Part shown: positions 62,930 to 64,000 of the stretch, piece after piece | Position numbering within the stretch: the stretch's first letter is position 1 | How the letters are laid out: the number at the start of each line of letters is the position of its first letter | IMG/VR virus record: IMGVR_UViG_3300024999_000089 | Location: 6,926-70,925 of that record | Length of the DNA stretch: 64,000 bases | Reading direction: 5' to 3' (one strand) | DNA from: a virus | The notes under the pieces: generated by a model | Databases searched by the model: none | The model's input: only the letters and a program-made list of their open reading frames with translations | Told to the model about the DNA's origin: nothing | Made by a program: the position numbers and the translations under genes

Positions 62930-63326
62930 TCAACTAACTAAGGTGCGTTAGTTATGCAACTCAGTAACATACAATTGAATAATGTAGATAAATAACTGAA
63001 TATTTATACATAATATAAATATAATTTTAACTAAATCTAGTTAATTTAATTCACATAATTATACTAAAATAAGGATTATTTCATACCAACACATTAAATT
63101 ATGCGTTGATGTGGAGTAATCCTTATTTTTTAGTTTTATTAGCATAAAACTGAGATTTCATACTGATTTTGGAAATTAGAAACCCTTAATTTATAGGTGT
63201 TTAGTGGATGTGTGATTTTTGATAAAAGTAAAATAAATTTAGATTAGAAATAACTATCTTGTATTTTTCTTAGGATAGTTATTTTTGTTTTAAAATAAAT
63301 AAAATTTAAAGAATTGGAGTGTTTAT

Positions 63327-63803
63327 ATGGCAAGATCAAAATTTAACGTGAATACCTCTCCTAAATCAAAAGAAAAAAGAACATTAAACGGATACACCTT
63401 TTCTAGCGATCTGGAATACAGATTTTATGTTTACCTTCTCTCTCAACAAGAAAAAGGAATAGTTAAGAGTATAAAAATACAACCTAAATTTTTGTTACAG
63501 GAAAGATATGAGAAATATGGTAAAAAAATATTGCCTATTCACTATATCGCAGATTTTGAAGTAGAATATGAGAATGGAGATATAATAATATTTGACACTA
63601 AAGGATTCATTACTCAAGACTCAAAAATTAAGGTTAAGATATTTGATTACAAGTATCCTGACAAAGTTTTAAGAGTTATAAATTATAGTAAAATTGATGG
63701 TAACGATGAAAATGAAGGATGGTGTGATGTTAAAGTCATTGAAAGAGGTAGAAAAGAGAGAAAGAAAGCAAAGGAAAAGTTAAAGAATAATTTAAGTAGT
63801 TAA
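63327..63803 (+). CDS. DUF1064 family PD-(D/E)xK protein
   Basis: SKFN...GYTFSSDLE...QPKFLL...YIADF...DTKG. Confidence 0.85.
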   Translation: MARSKFNVNTSPKSKEKRTLNGYTFSSDLEYRFYVYLLSQQEKGIVKSIKIQPKFLLQERYEKYGKKILPIHYIADFEVEYENGDIIIFDTKGFITQDSKIKVKIFDYKYPDKVLRVINYSKIDGNDENEGWCDVKVIERGRKERKKAKEKLKNNLSS

Positions 63804-63905
63804 CAAATTATAAATATAATTTTACTTATAAATATTAAAAATAAACAATAACAAAAAATAAAAAATAAAAAATAAAAAATAAAATAAAAAACGGAGGTAT
63901 CCCTT

Positions 63906-64000
63906 ATGTCAAAAGTAAATAAACTAACTTCTTCTATTCTCCTTCAGGAGCAATCCAAATTATTTGTGCAGAGAAAGATAACTGTAAATATCAACAAAAA
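63906..64000 (+). CDS. Partial ORF at the window edge (possible tail assembly chaperone)
   Basis: GGAGG RBS, MSKVNKLT..., open to the end. Confidence 0.5.
   Translation, partial: MSKVNKLTSSILLQEQSKLFVQRKITVNINK

Overview
A 64-kb segment of a large, very AT-rich tailed phage of Firmicutes (Bacillota), organised like SPbeta-type phages that encode a YonO-like single-subunit RNA polymerase. The host is probably an endospore former (inference). From left to right: (1) about 1-9 kb of short minus-strand early genes with sigmaA-type promoters, terminators and rrn-type boxA elements; (2) a ~1.4-kb non-coding island (9.2-10.6 kb) with two parS palindromes, DnaA boxes, a dif site, a Fur box and many unrelated palindromes; (3) a minus-strand module of an FtsK/SpoIIIE ATPase, a Replic_Relax protein and SpoIIIAC-like membrane proteins; (4) plus-strand genes for a Rep-like protein, UvrD-like helicase, radical SAM protein, CoiA-like nuclease, YonO-like RNAP, beta-CASP nuclease, metallophosphoesterase, holin and ClpP-like protease; (5) a virion module with terminase (class 3 intein), portal, scaffold, capsid, neck, tail tube, fibre-like and beta-helix proteins. 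Four free-standing endonuclease genes interrupt the late region. Each has a structured leader with the same architecture, whose loop co-varies with and is complementary to the sequence at or beside its own ribosome-binding site. That leader family and the host-site island are the best candidates for undescribed systems. No tRNA, rRNA, CRISPR array or integrase was seen. All product calls come from motifs and synteny read by eye, not from database searches.
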